A stretch of DNA of 64,000 nucleotides from Callorhinchus milii (taxonomy: Eukaryota): contig NW_024704742.1 in NCBI RefSeq assembly GCF_018977255.1, positions 42,596,001 to 42,660,000 on the forward strand. The letters are read 5' to 3'. The translations under genes and the position numbers were made by a program. Under the pieces are notes generated by a model. The model saw nothing but the letters and a program-made list of their open reading frames with translations. It was not told the origin of the DNA and did no database searches. Shown here piece after piece: positions 1 through 12,467 of this stretch (positions within the stretch are counted from its first letter, which is position 1; each line of letters begins with the position of its first letter).

Positions 1-1539
1 CTTGAGTGCTAGCCCATTATGGAGTACCAATGTACACAGGATTACATAAAAGAAAAACAATCAGAGACACTTTGAATGGAGGTGACAAGTAAAAATTAGA
101 CTTTTAGTCGGGTTCCTTGGATACCAAGAACAACCTGTACTTATATTATGTCTTTCAGATAGGAGAATGTTTTGAAGCATTATAGAGAGATGGAATTAGA
201 GCCTGAGCAGAGTGTGAGATAGAAGAAATTGAGAGGAAGTGGCTAAAGGCACAGTCAAAGATAAAAGTATTTAGACAGGCTTTGAAAGCAGAAAAAGGAG
301 TGAGGCAAAAGGATTTAGAGAGAGAGAGATTACCTTCAAAATTCGAGTGCTTTTGCACTTCAGAAAGGTTATGCAGAACAGATTTTTTTTATTTTCTCAC
401 CATTTTTTTCTCCTCACAATATCATAAAATTGGTTTGGTTGAAGAAGGCCCTTTGGCCCATTCAATCTCATCCCTCCAGAACACCCACCCATCACTGCAT
501 CAAGTTGTTTTTTAAATGAGCCCAGTGTCTTAGCTTCTACCACCTTTCCAGTCATTGATTACTCGCTATGTAAAGGAAAAGCTCCAAACAGAGAAAGAGA
601 GAGTGCAAAGTGGCTGAAAGCTCACCTACCAATGACACATAGGAGCGGCAATTTCCTCACTCCCTATTCCAGGGGCACTGAGCATCCTCACCAAAACCTT
701 AATGAAAAGCAGCCAATTCAGCACAGACCAAGGATAAAAACAATTGGACTTCCCGATCTGTGCATCTCAGCGCCGCTTCACCCAATCCATTTACCCATTG
801 AACCATCAAAATGTTACATATATATTAGAAATTAGCTTTGTGCTGTGTCTGTGTGTAACCTTTCAGTAAAAACTAATTTATCATCAATGATGACTACAAA
901 CCTCCGGGTATGGGGAGGGCCTGCTATGTTGACAAAGAGACCAAATTGGTTTGACTAGATCAATACCATGCAGCATACTATAGGCTCACTGTGCAGCAGC
1001 TCTGCCATATTTGATGTGACAGATTCAGAAGGAGAGATTACTGAAGTTGCAAAAATTACACAATATTTCCACAGATGTCATCTACGTGCTCTGCATTTGT
1101 CTATGTGGGTGCTGGGAGCTGTATTTCTTAAACCATGGCATTGGAGTTCGATTAAAGATTTGCCTCAAGGGTTCTGTGAACAATTTGCAGCACTGACAAA
1201 ACTGCTTTCCAGAGCTGTGCTTAATATTCACTCAGCCACTTGAAGTCTTTACCAATCTTTTGACAATCAGAAAACTTATTAAGTTTTGCATTCCTGCCAC
1301 CCCATTGTTTAGAATAGAATAACCACATGAATTTTAGTGGAAACAAAATATATGAAGAAATCGTTGCCTTGATCCATTAATTGATTTTGCAATTATGTGA
1401 ACCTTGGTTTCCACTTCATTTCTTCTGCGTGGAATGCGGTTTGTTCAATGCAGTTGTATCATTTCAGACATACACAGGGACAATTTTGTATAGCGGAGTG
1501 AGTGGAGAGGGAAATAGAGAATAACATCTAATAAGCACG

Positions 1540-1734
1540 AAATTCGAACGGGATTCAGGAGCCTGAGTGGAGAAACCTTCTGGTAACTATTTTCATGACA
1601 CACGTCATTCCGATCCATGGGAAGTACACTCCAAAAACAGATCACATCGGAGTAGAGTTTTCGCAAGCAGGTATGGGATGTTTCTGGTTTCCTTAATAAG
1701 GAATCCGATTAGAAATTGTCACCCTTTAGACCCC
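1540..1734. mobile_element. Degraded short MITE, GGGTCTAATT...AATTAGACCC family
   Basis: Right end ggaatccgattagaaatt...tttagacccc resembles the ends at 10655-10692 and 25032-25069. Confidence 0.45.
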
Positions 1735-2072
1735 AGTTGTAAAAAAAATTACAGAGGGAATCCTTGCAGAGGGATAAAAGGTAAGAATATACTATGCATA
1801 CTAACTTTCAATAGGATAATGTCAAAATTAACCAGCATCATCAGCTGCCTAAATCTGTACATGGAAAAAGTTATCAAATCAATAGCATCAGGATTTTCAT
1901 TAAATATTCAATAAATTACACACTTATTCAAAATAAAACCTTGTTAAGTGTAATTGCCTTTCCTCAACAATGGAGGTTCACGTTGATATAACACTATTTA
2001 ATAGTAAGAATTAATTATTAAAACTTTACAGCAGCAATAACAAAACAAATCAAAGTGCATCACTTTGCCTAC

Positions 2073-2130
2073 CTTTACGTTGGTGCCTCTCTTTTGTCTG
2101 GAATGACAGAGTACCCATCAGAGCCCCCAT
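2073..2130 (-). CDS. KCNIP1: First coding exon of Kv channel-interacting protein 1 (KChIP1, myristoylated MGA- N-terminus); downstream exons lie left of the window
   Basis: Reverse complement reads ATG GGG GCT CTG ATG GGT ACT CTG TCA TTC CAG ACA AAA GAG AGG CAC CAA CGT AAA G|GTAGGC = MGALMGTLSFQTKERHQRK plus a phase-1 donor. This closely resembles human KChIP1 exon 1 (MGAVMGTFSSLQTKQRRPSK-D, also phase 1). Strong Kozak context (GAAGATGG) and Gly2 are present. Confidence 0.88.
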
Positions 2131-2720
2131 CTTCAATGGTTTTATCAGAAACTTGCAGCCAGTTCTCCTCTCTCTCCCTCTCTCAAACACACACACACAC
2201 ACTCACACACACAGTGTGGCTAATGTTTATGACTTGCTGTGATACAGTGAGTGAGGAATCAAAGCACAGTTTGAAAGCTGAGATAAGGTGCACATAAGCT
2301 TTGAGACTTCTTTTGTCAACACTGCTGGCTACTTGCTGTGATGCTATTATTCAATCTGCTGCTCATCAGAATTTTAATTTTGACGTATTCGCTCACAGCT
2401 CAAAGACTTGCTTCAGAGGGAGCTGTGCTACTGAAATATCTCAGCTTAGCGCCATTGTATCTGAGCACTTTGATTAATTGTACTAACTGTATCTGCAGTA
2501 ACTTGTCACACGGTGAGTCTTTAAAGCTTCTACAGGAACCGCCACAGCAACTTTCAGTACAGCTGCGAACACCAGCCATGAAAAACGTGAGTTCATGCTG
2601 CTTGTGTAATTTTATAAATATACAGTATAAGGAGATGTTTTATTATAAGATTCACCAACAGGAATGTATAAAGATCCATTCACTCATTGGAGTCGATGTG
2701 CAGTAAGCCTGTTGTGGTAA
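2131..2720 (-). promoter_or_regulatory. Putative 5'UTR and proximal promoter of the KCNIP1 MGA-exon
   Basis: Transposon-free stretch directly upstream of the ATG. Contains a CT/CA microsatellite, a CRE-like TGACGTA (2381) and an E-box CAGCTG (~2560). The TSS cannot be placed from sequence alone. Confidence 0.5.
2166..2213. repeat. (CT)n(CA)n compound microsatellite
   Basis: ctcctctctctccctctctcaaacacacacacacacactcacacacaca seen directly. Confidence 0.9.
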
Positions 2721-3479
2721 GATAACATTCCCTGGAACAGTTTGCTTATTTTAATGATAACAAATTAAAACATGTAGTTTCAGGCACTGTTTTGTAAAAT
2801 GGATTAAGTCCATGTGTATACAGTTGAGAATAGATGATTATAGGAAAAATAAAAATCTATATTTGCTTCCAGTAGGTTAAATTATTTTAATAGATGATTT
2901 CACTGTGAATGATTTCTATGCAATCTAGACAAAACAGACCATTGGAACAGTTTTTGTGTAAGAACCTAATCTACATTATTGAACAAAATTAACAGCAGTC
3001 CCATAGTATTACATCTAATAATAATGGTCTGGCAGGTTTCTGAAAGCACAATAAACTGGGAAAACGGAGCAGAGCAGAATATCTGATTTTAACTCCCTCC
3101 AGCTCAAGTTATTTTATGTTCTGTGTTATTATAATTGCAAAGCTATAGGGAAACATCCATGCTCACCTGTGATTTAATTATATTTCCAGTTGACCATAAA
3201 AACAAATGTCATTTCATGGGACTCTAGAATGTAATGCCCCAATTCCAAAATAACTAAGTCACATGATTCACAAGAGTTATAATTATGTTTTACTAACAGT
3301 AAATTACCTGGAAATTCACCTCATTGGTATGAATTACACAGAAGCATTGTAGAGGGAACCTCTACCCAGAAAAAAGTAACACCTGCATTTCGCATTTCAA
3401 TGCTTTACTAAATGTACTGATTAAAATATGTCCTTTTGCAGTTACTGGATGGAAGACTTAATAATAAAAATAATAATTA

Positions 3480-3812
3480 TGTAAAGATTGTTATTTTCAT
3501 GTCGGGAGGACATATCAAAGCACTTCACAGGCTTTACTGTAAAAGTAATCACTGCATATTTTGTAGGTGAACGTGGCAGCCAATTTGCACATAGCAATAT
3601 CTCACAAACAACCATGAAGTGAATGACCAATTCTATGTGGGAATTGTTGGTCAGGACACCGGGAGCCAAAAAGGAGCTCCCTTCTTTTTTTGAATAGTGC
3701 CAAGGGATCTGTAATGTCTACCTGAACAAGCAAAAGGGATCTCGGTTTAACGTCTCATCCAAAGATCGGCACATCTAACAATGCAGCACTGCACTGGAAT
3801 GTTTGTCTAGAA
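3480..3812 (-). mobile_element. SacSINE1-like Deu-domain SINE, interrupted by a hAT MITE
   Basis: Reverse complement contains GGATGAGACGTTAAACCGAG, GATCCCTTGGCACTATT and TGTGCAAATTGGCTGCC (Deu core) and an L2-type tail. Confidence 0.8.
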
Positions 3813-4219
3813 CAGTGGTTCTAAAAACCAATTTTTTGGGTTGGCCACAGTGAACGGCTACCAACACTTACTGCTGGCTGCAGTGTTTAGTTTTTCCTAA
3901 AACGAATCAATTAATTATATGAAAAATAAACGAAATCTAGACATATGCACATCTCAAATGATTTCATTTATTTCTGTACATTTGACAAATCACATTCGAC
4001 AAAACTCTTTTTCACAAAACCTAAGAGCAGCACAAAAATTTTTTGAGATGTACATAAAAATTATTATTATTATTATTATTGGGGACTAAAATTGTAATTG
4101 CAATTGCAGTTGTAATTGCCTTAGTGGTTAAGAGGGACTGCAAGTTTGTTCTATCACTTTGTACGACTTTCACTGTATTGACCCTAATAGCAGTTGCACA
4201 CCGCATTTGAGAAACACTG
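3813..4219. mobile_element. hAT-Charlie-type non-autonomous DNA transposon (MITE)
   Basis: TIRs CAGTGGTTCTAAAA / TTTGAGAAACACTG. The 8-bp flanks gtctagaa and gcctagac (6/8 identical) fit the Charlie NTCTAGAN target preference. Confidence 0.8.
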
Positions 4220-5574
4220 GCCTAGACTATAAAAATTCTAAATCCCAAAGAGGGCTACAGAAGCTGGGCCATTTGGAGCATTGTGCAGGAAGTCTGTGGT
4301 TTATGTAAAGTTAAAGGAAGTGGACTTTCTTCTCTCATTAAGGACATGATTAATCACAATGGTGGCTAGATGACAATATTTGTAAACAGGATTCAAAGCA
4401 GTAATTATGATTTATATTTGCGACTTATGTTTGTCTAGACTGCTTTCACAAGTTACAATGTAAATATGCAAACTCTGAAAAACAGTTAATTGCAATCTCC
4501 AGAAGTTGGCAAGGTGCAAACAAAAGGTTCCCACAGCACTAGACTACAGCTTCAGTTCAGGTAGTGTCAAGCCTTGGTTCTAGTCACACTGGACACTCTT
4601 TACAGCTCTTTAGATGTTTTGACATTATAGGCTCTATATCAAAAGCAGGGCTTATTATTAAATTAGTTAGCAGTCAGTGTCTGTTAGCGGAGATGTGAGG
4701 ATACAGCTAGTTGCACAGATGCAGTTGTGCATGCGTGGACCGTTTCTCAATTTCCAACGCCTGTGATTTGCAGCAGATTTATATGAACTTGACTTGCTGC
4801 TCCAAATTACTTTATGATTGGAAGTGATTTCAAACCTCTCCAGCAGCAGTAGTATAGAAGAAACATTAGGCAAGAATAACCATGAAGATAAACCAAAAAA
4901 GAATTCATTCAGTGTCGGCTCCATGATCACAAGCGGCTATTCCGCAATGAGGAACTCATTCAGTAATACAAATATAGATATTTTGACTCAATTTGTATGT
5001 ATGCATCTAGAAAATTGGAATTACTTAATGTATGCATAGAAATATAAAGCAGGTATAGAACATATTGCCTGTCACAACAGAAAAGGGCTGCCCAGGTCTG
5101 AGAGGCAGTGGAGAGGTGAGCAATGAGGATAACTGGCTGTGCTGGAGGGATGAGCTATAAGAAGTTGATAAACCAGGGTCTTTTATCCTCAAAGAGAGAT
5201 AACTCAGAGAGGAGGGACCTTACAAAGGTGACAGTGGTAGGCAAAATCAGTGTCATCAAGTGCTTTGAGACATCCTACTGATATGAAAGGCGCTATGCAA
5301 TTGTAAATGATATCGATTGTATTGTACAAACAGAAAAAACTACCATAATGGTAGTAAAGATACTGTAATAATACTAATGCTAATAATTATTACAGTTGAT
5401 AAGCATGTTGGGAGGACATCTCTAAGGACGTCACAGGATTCACTGGACAGTAATGCAGCACTCCCTTGGCACTGTTTGAAGTGCCATCTTAGACTCCGAG
5501 TCCCAACCTGGGGCTTGAACCCACTACTTCTGAGTCAGAAGCAAGTGAGCTGATCCAAACTGTACTGACCAAGC

Positions 5575-5715
5575 GAGAAGACCTAGGTTCGATTCCTAGG
5601 CAGTGTGAAACTTAATGCAAGTTTTCTTACTCCACACGCCTCTGTTTACATAGCAGTAATTAGGAACCGGTTGTTAGTTGATTGGCAAATTGCTTTTCTA
5701 GGGGTGATAGTCCCT
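5575..5715 (+). mobile_element. tRNA-Ala SINE (family A), head/CORE-like portion; the only clear plus-strand copy
   Basis: GGTTCGATTCC B-box followed by gcaagttttcttactccacacgcctctgtttacatagcagtaattaggaaccggttgttag. Confidence 0.75.
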
Positions 5716-5847
5716 TCAAAAATAATAAAAATAGTAATAATAATTTGGTCACTCAATCCATGACTGTTTGTAGGAAAAAGCATTCAATCTGCCCCTATCT
5801 CTCACTCTGTTTGGGTTCCCCTCAGAGTCTGATAAAGCTTTTTTGCG

Positions 5848-6235
5848 TGTCAGCCTAGCTCAGGAGGTAGGACTCTTACCTCTGAATCTAAAGGTTATGG
5901 AATCGAGCCATATATCGATTCTTGTAACTCATATAATCTTGGTTGTTGTTCCAATGCAGTGCTGGGGTATGCTGCATTATTGGAATTGCCATTCTTCTGA
6001 TGAGACCTTAAACAATGCTAAAGATTCTGTGGCACTATTCAAATAGAGAAGGGAGTTTATCCTGTTGTTCTGGCTAACAACCCCCAAATAAATTGGTCAT
6101 TTACTTCATGACTGTTTAGTGGGAGATTGCTGTGTGCAAATTGCCCATATACTTTACAGTATATCAATGAAGTGCTTTGAGATGTTATCGAATGTGAAAG
6201 GATTATTATTGTAAGGATGTAAGGATTATTATTTT
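5848..6235 (+). mobile_element. SacSINE1-like Deu SINE (diverged, near full length)
   Basis: gtgtcagcctagctcag head, gatgagaccttaaac, ggcactattc, gattgctgtgtgcaaatt and L2-type tail. Confidence 0.75.
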
Positions 6236-6890
6236 TTTGAAATGTTTAAGTGTAAGAAAGTCCTTGTATAAGTACAACTTTGTTGTTGCTGCTGTTGAAA
6301 TCTGTCCTCCCCATGGCCCTAATTTAAAAATTTTCAGCTGAGATTGATTCACAGTCTTGATGCAGCAGATATCAGTTGTACAGCAGTTGAAGGATAGCGA
6401 TTGGCCTCAGGGCTAATCAGGGCTTAGGACTAACATTAACCAAGATTCCTAATACTTCCAGCTGGAAAGTGCAACAAGGTACCAGAAGGCATTTGTTGCT
6501 GTAAACCCGTTACAGTGAGAGACAATGTCTTTAGACAAGGGAGAAAAGTGGGGGAAATTGACAAAAACAGATGATCATTCATTAACTGACAGTAACTTTG
6601 GAGCAGTGCTCAGAATTTATTAAACTATTTTTACATTTATTTTAGTTCTCAAGTCCTGTTTACTTAGAAGTAATAATGATAATAATCCTTGCATTTGATA
6701 GAGTGCCTTATCATGTCTTCGTAATGTCTCAAAGCACTTCACAGAATGTAATGTAAAGTGAATTGACTGTATATTTCATGGGCGAAACGCGGCAGCCAAT
6801 TGCGCTCAGCAGTGTCCCACAAACTGTCGTGGATTGAAGTGACCAATTTTTTTTTAAAGTACTTTAAGGTTCAATAATAATAATAATAAT

Positions 6891-7282
6891 TCAGGGACTA
6901 CTGATGAGAGGCCACCCATCTGTTTTGTCAGCTGAAGGGACGGACCTTCACAGTGGCAGGAATTCTTCCCATTCACTACTATTAACCCTGCAAGCCAAAG
7001 CTCTAACTGGTACAAGGTCTTAGCTGGGCACATAGTGTTAAACTTGCCAGACAGCAATATCAATGACAAACTGTGCAGTTTCAGTGGATTAAACTTGAGT
7101 AGTACCTCAATACATACTCTGTGGTTCCCAAGACTTCACTCCTGCCAACCTGCACTTAACATTCCCCAGAATTAGGTAAGCAGGATGCGTTCCTCCACAG
7201 AGAGAATGTACATTCCATTCCAGACCCAGGTAACTTCCCATGTAAGGTGGCATACATATGTGGAACTCTTAAGCATGGTGAA
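6891..7282 (-). mobile_element. Partial copy of the ~860-bp TIR element, inverted relative to 7290-8151
   Basis: ttaaccctgcaagccaaagc, aattaggtaagcaggatg and gtggaactct are reverse complements of segments at ~7703-7722, ~7516-7532 and ~7438-7448. Confidence 0.8.
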
Positions 7283-7289
7283 CGATAGC

Positions 7290-8151
7290 TTTTTTTTTGT
7301 CAGCTGGATGTCTGACACATGCGGAAACCCCTCACAAGTCCCAGTGGCTTGGCACTACCTCCTCACGTGAGAGGCACGATACCAATGTATTTTGTATTGT
7401 ATTGTGTCACTATACTTAAGAGTATCTAAACCAAGATGAGAGTTCCACCCATCCCACCTACACATGGAAATCCCAGAGATAGATTGGAATGCACACTCGC
7501 TCCCTAGAGGGACATATCCTGCTTACCTAATTCCGGAAAGTATTAGGCACAGGTTAGCATGAGCCAAGGCTTGGGGACCCCAGAGTGTGAGTTGGGGTAC
7601 TGCTGGAGTCAAACCAGCTAAAACCATATAGCTTGCCATTTATATTGCTGTCTGACAAGCTTTCCTACTGCTTGTCCAGCTAGGACCACCCTACCTGCTT
7701 GGGCTTTGGCTTGCAGAGTTAACAGGAGCTGAGTGACAGGATTTCCTGCCCACAGTCTTCCCTTCCAGGTCCTGCTGATGAGTCAGACTGGCTGTGCTGT
7801 TATCAGCAGTGCTCTGGAATACTGCAGACCCGCCTGGCTCAGGAACCAGACTTCTGAGACCGCCGTAGAGGGCTGGATCGATTTCGACATTCTATTGCCA
7901 GGCAACTCAAGTTGGAGCCAGTTCAACTCCAACAGGACCCCACTTAACTCCCCACCCCCCCTACCCCAAGGAAGATAGTCACTAGTTTGTTGTTCGATAT
8001 CCAACAAGCGCGCATTTGAGCCTCACTAGGTGGATAGTAGGTTCAAGGAACTTCCTGCGAGCTTCCTTGTCTTTGTACCATTCGCCTAGTTAAGGCTCAA
8101 AGCTATGAATGATATCTACTTGTGTCAGACACTCAGCTGGACAAAAAATAC
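7290..8151 (+). mobile_element. Unclassified non-autonomous DNA transposon (~860 bp, ~35-bp TIRs)
   Basis: Left ttttttttgtcagctggatgtctgacacatg and right ttgtgtcagacactcagctggacaaaaaatac form an inverted pair. The internal sequence recurs at 6891, 15347, 60840 and 63589. Confidence 0.75.
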
Positions 8152-8499
8152 TTACTAGAAGCATTCTTCTTCTACCATAAGTATACTTCAATAAAGAAAC
8201 CAGTCTTACATATATCTACTGTGTCATTTAAATTGACGTATTTCCTCCAGGAACGCAATACAGTAATAAGTCAAAACTTTGCAATTATCATTGTGGAGAC
8301 TTTTTTCTTGAATTTTTTAAAATTAATTTTACTATAATAACAAATCATTTATAACCATCATTTTAAACAGCAGGCAAAACTAAGTGCCTGTACAATTCAG
8401 TGTTCAATAGGAAACTAAAAACAATTCCTGCATTTTCATTGCTTCCACCTTCCATTGAAACTCCATCCTATAATCGTAGGATATACTATAATATGAAGT

Positions 8500-8845
8500 A
8501 GATATATTTTGTGGCTAAACACAGCAACCAATTTGTACACAGCAATGTCCCACCAACAGCTATGAAGTAAGCGACCAGTTTTATTTGGGGGATTGTTGGC
8601 CAGGACACTGAGAGAAACTCCCTTCTCTTTTCGAATTGTGTCATGGGAACCTTCATCCACCTAGACAAACAAGACCACAGTTTAATGTCTCATCCTAAGG
8701 ACGGTACCTCCTACAATGCAGAACAGCCCCAGTACAGCATCAGAGGGTCAGCCTAACTTGTATGAGTTCCAAGTTTCAATATGTGAAGCTGGAACCCACA
8801 ACTATCTGAAATAGATGTGAGAGTGCTGCCAACTGAGTCAGGATG
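8500..8845 (-). mobile_element. SacSINE1-like Deu SINE
   Basis: Deu core and tRNA-like head (ctcagttggcagcactctcacatct) on the reverse strand. Confidence 0.7.
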
Positions 8846-9924
8846 ACACAATAATTGATGTAGTGTTTGATGTACTATGTAACATTTAATTAACATTAGG
8901 GTCAAAACTGTGGTATTCCTAAACATATTCTGGGGAGAAATTTCCACTGGGGCTAAATTTATTCTATTTTCATATCATTTTAAAGTGTGCAGAAATTGAC
9001 AAACTCTTACCTTTGAAGCCAGTTTTCAGCAGTTCTTAAAACATACAAAAAAGCAAGGTTCAAAATTAAGATTCCATTTAACAATTTGCCAAATTCTGCA
9101 TTCTTCCATAGAGTAATTTGGATCCTGATGGAATTTTTAGACCTTGATTCCTTAACTGAGGTGCATTAGTTTGAAATATCCGTTCCCCCAACTCCTGAAT
9201 TAAGGTAACAAATAAAGTTGACCACAAATGTTGCGAGCTGCCACTTTGGATTCCTGCTCAGTTTGAACCATTGTTTCCAGCATAGGCCCAATGGGCTGAA
9301 TGGTCTCTTCTGTGCTGCAAAATTCTGCAATATTAAATATGGCCTGCAAATTGCTTTTATCACTCAATTGAATGTCAAGCTGCGAAGTGCAGATAAATCC
9401 ATCATCCGACCAATGCAGTAACAACTACTTGAGAAAACGTACTGTAGCAAGGCTACACAAACCTGATGTTAGCACCAAAGCATGAAGACAAACTTTTGTC
9501 TTGTTTCATTATAACTTTCAACATAGTTTAATAACTGAAATGAAGGAAGCCTGTGATTTTGGCAGATAACTGTGGTAGAAATGATGTACCTTTAATAAAA
9601 GCTCTTATCATTTCCATTCAGACATAAATAATAATTCCATTGGGATTACAACCAAAATATTAGTAAGTAAAAATTGAACTCTGAAGATTTTTTTTCACTT
9701 ACATTCAAAGTGTAGGAGCTATGTAAGAGTCTTGTGTTGAGTCCCTTTTTCAGAAAAAAATATTATTTAAATGTAAATGAGCTTGACTATATCTTTGAGG
9801 ATAATAAACGTTACTTTACTGGCAAGGCTGAAATGGCTGAAGGCATTTTGCTGAGTCTCAAGGACAATTGTTAGCAATTTCTTACTTGCCGCTGTATTGC
9901 TTAAATCATCCACAGCCCCGCTCC

Positions 9925-10140
9925 AGAGGTGCATGGAGTAAGGAAACTGGCCCAATGTTTCACCCTGCCCAGGTCCTCTCGCTTTTGAGATGAGTGCTCT
10001 AATCACGAAGCTACAGGACACCACAATTGTAAACAGGGCAAAATAATTGCAGACAGAACCATGTTAGTGCGCAGTTGTTGGGATCCAGAAAATTATAAGG
10101 GAAAGTGAAAAACAGCTGTCCAGTAAGGGCTTCCGTGTTT
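9925..10140 (-). mobile_element. Family A SINE head plus a ~120-bp 5' extension shared with 14820-14938
   Basis: SINE head ends ...gctacaggacaccacaattgtaa and is followed by gggcaaaataattg...cagttgttgggatccagaaaatt...agggcttccgtgtt, as at 14820-14938. Confidence 0.75.
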
Positions 10141-10472
10141 GCAACATCACTTGTGATATTACTAGGGAATGTTGTAAATGCGTATAGAAAACCGGCTGGC
10201 AGCTCCCATGATGCACAACCTAACCTATCATTCTCCTCCCGACATAAAAGGCGCTGTATCAAATGCAAGGATTCTTATAATGATGAGATGTTTAGGCTTT
10301 GATGTCACAAAATTGTCTTAACATAGACATGTCAGAGTTTGTTGCGTATCTGCTACATGAATGAAGCAGTGTTACCTGCCATATGAATGAAGCAGTGTTA
10401 TATTGGGTTCCCTCTACTTGAATTTGATATTGTACATATCAAGTCAACGTGTCTCAAAATACTTCATGCAGT

Positions 10473-10692
10473 GGGATGTAATTTGATGCATTTTTAACAT
10501 GATTCTTTGATGAGGAATACTGCTATACTTCTCATCAACCTGTAGGAAGTGTTGGGACTGAGATTGAGTCAAAGCTGAGTTCCCGTGGGTTGGCGTGACA
10601 TAATTCCAATTACCGAAAGGAATCCCATTTACGTAACCTGGAATTCTTATTATGGAATCCTGTTAGGAAATCCTGTACTGCAATTTAGACCC
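10473..10692. mobile_element. Short MITE with GGG...CCC termini (Harbinger-like, tentative)
   Basis: Left gggatgtaatttgatgcatttttaacatgattc; right ggaatcctgttaggaaatcctgtactgcaatttagaccc (imperfect TIR). Confidence 0.6.
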
Positions 10693-12133
10693 ACAATGGC
10701 TTTGAAGTGTAGTTATGTGGACAAACAGAGGAGCTAATCTACATCAAAAACGTCCTTCAAACAACAATAAAATGAATGATTGATTTGTGTGTTAGAAATT
10801 GATAGTTAGGTGATCTCAAAATTGTATCTTAAAAGCTAAAAGGTTATAAGAGAGAACCAAGACTTAAGGAGGGGTGGAGAGTTCCACATCGTATACGCAT
10901 TGGAGAAGAATGAGTTGGTGGTGTAGGATGAACACCACCAACTCAACACCAACTAAACACAACAACAACTTGCATTTGCATAACACCATGTGGGGAAGCA
11001 TCTCCGAGCACTAAAGCTGCCCATAAAAGATAATTAACACCAAAATCCCACCAGGCATGGAAAATCTAAACTGACAATAATATTAGCACTGTTTTTAATT
11101 GATCTTGCAACAAATATAGGAGCCAAAGACCTAATACAGCATAGCCCTGTTCTTACAGGAAAGAGCTGGCAATGTCCATCACATATTGTTGAGGCATTCA
11201 ATGTGTGAGTGACGATATTTTATCAAGAACCAAGCAGACAAGACAAGACACGTTATCTGGGGCTCACGTAGAATAAATCATTGAGACAGAAGATGAAAGT
11301 CATAATATATTATTCAAGGAAGCAGGATTACAACAACTGTGATCTATCATAAAATATATTTAGCATTTTTTCCACATCTAGTTCCATAGTGATTTGAGTT
11401 ATTCCTCTGGTAATAATAAAAAATCTGCTGAATAATAATCAGAATTTTTAATTCTCAGCTAATTCTTGAAGAACACACTAAATCACAAGCCTTTATACTA
11501 TTGTGTATAACAGCCATATGGATTCATTAAAATTCACCTCCTGCTGTGTATATGAATATTTTGTACTGATACTGCACTGACAGACTCAAGAAAATCCTGG
11601 AAACCTTGTAAAGCTATAACTGTATTTCAAACAATTCATTGATTCTCTGGAACTCTTGCCTCAAAGTCAGAAGTTGTGGCTTCAAACCCCACATTAGGAC
11701 TTTCTGCTTTCAGTCTAGGCTGACACTAATGCAGTGCTGGGGGAAGACTACCTCCTTTTGATGAGAAGTTAAATTGATTGGGGGACATTACTGTAAACAA
11801 ATTGGCTGACATGTTCACCTGCAAACATAGTCATTCCATTTAGTAGTAAATCCTGTGAAGTGCTTTGAGTCATTTTGGCAATGTGATAAGCACTATATCA
11901 AATGCAACACTTATTACTTAATTATTATAACCGTGGTCTATGTAGAACCTTCAAAGGAGAATAATCAATCCTTGTACAAACTGTGCAGTAGTAACATTTC
12001 TATATCACTGTTATTTACCCATTTATTTCAAGGATAAAAAGAATTTGCATTTTAATACAAATGGTACCTTATTATGTCAAAATTTCCCAAAGCAATCTAC
12101 AGTAATTACTGGCAAGCGTAGTGACTGAATGTA

Positions 12134-12467
12134 ACAATAATAATCCTTGCATTTGAAATAGCACCTTATCACATCTTCAAGATGTTTCAAAGCACTTCAA
12201 AGAATATACTGTAAAGTGAATTGACTGTATATTTTGTGGGCAAAACGCGGCAGCCAATTTCACGCAGCAGTGTCCCACAAACAGTCGTGGATTGAAGTGA
12301 TCAATTATTACATTTTTTTTGAAAGAATTATTAACCCCGGAAAAGCGATCCGCCAATCGACTAACAACCGGGTTCCTACTTACTGCTAGGTAAACAGTGG
12401 CGTGGGGAGATAGGAAACTTGCCCAACATTTCGCCCTGCCGGGAATCGAACCCAGGTCTCTCGCTTA
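12134..12467 (-). mobile_element. Family A tRNA-Ala SINE, long subfamily, 5'-truncated
   Basis: GGGTTCGATTCCCGG T-arm, CORE-like segment, Deu-like segment and (TTA)n tail. Confidence 0.85.

Noticed and set aside
2338..2706. 122-aa plus-strand ORF with a hydrophobic start
   Set aside because: GTG-initiated call with no recognisable homology, antisense to the KCNIP1 5' region; likely spurious
9011..9110. Strong minus-strand donor AAG|GTAAGA as another KCNIP1 first exon
   Set aside because: The phase-1 frame has an in-frame TAA just upstream, and nearby ATG frames terminate before the donor
10357..10400. Short direct repeats (atgaatgaagcagtgtta x2; also atcccgttacag x2 at 12611-12658) as a CRISPR-like array
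   Set aside because: Only two units, no spacer series, eukaryotic context; ordinary local duplications
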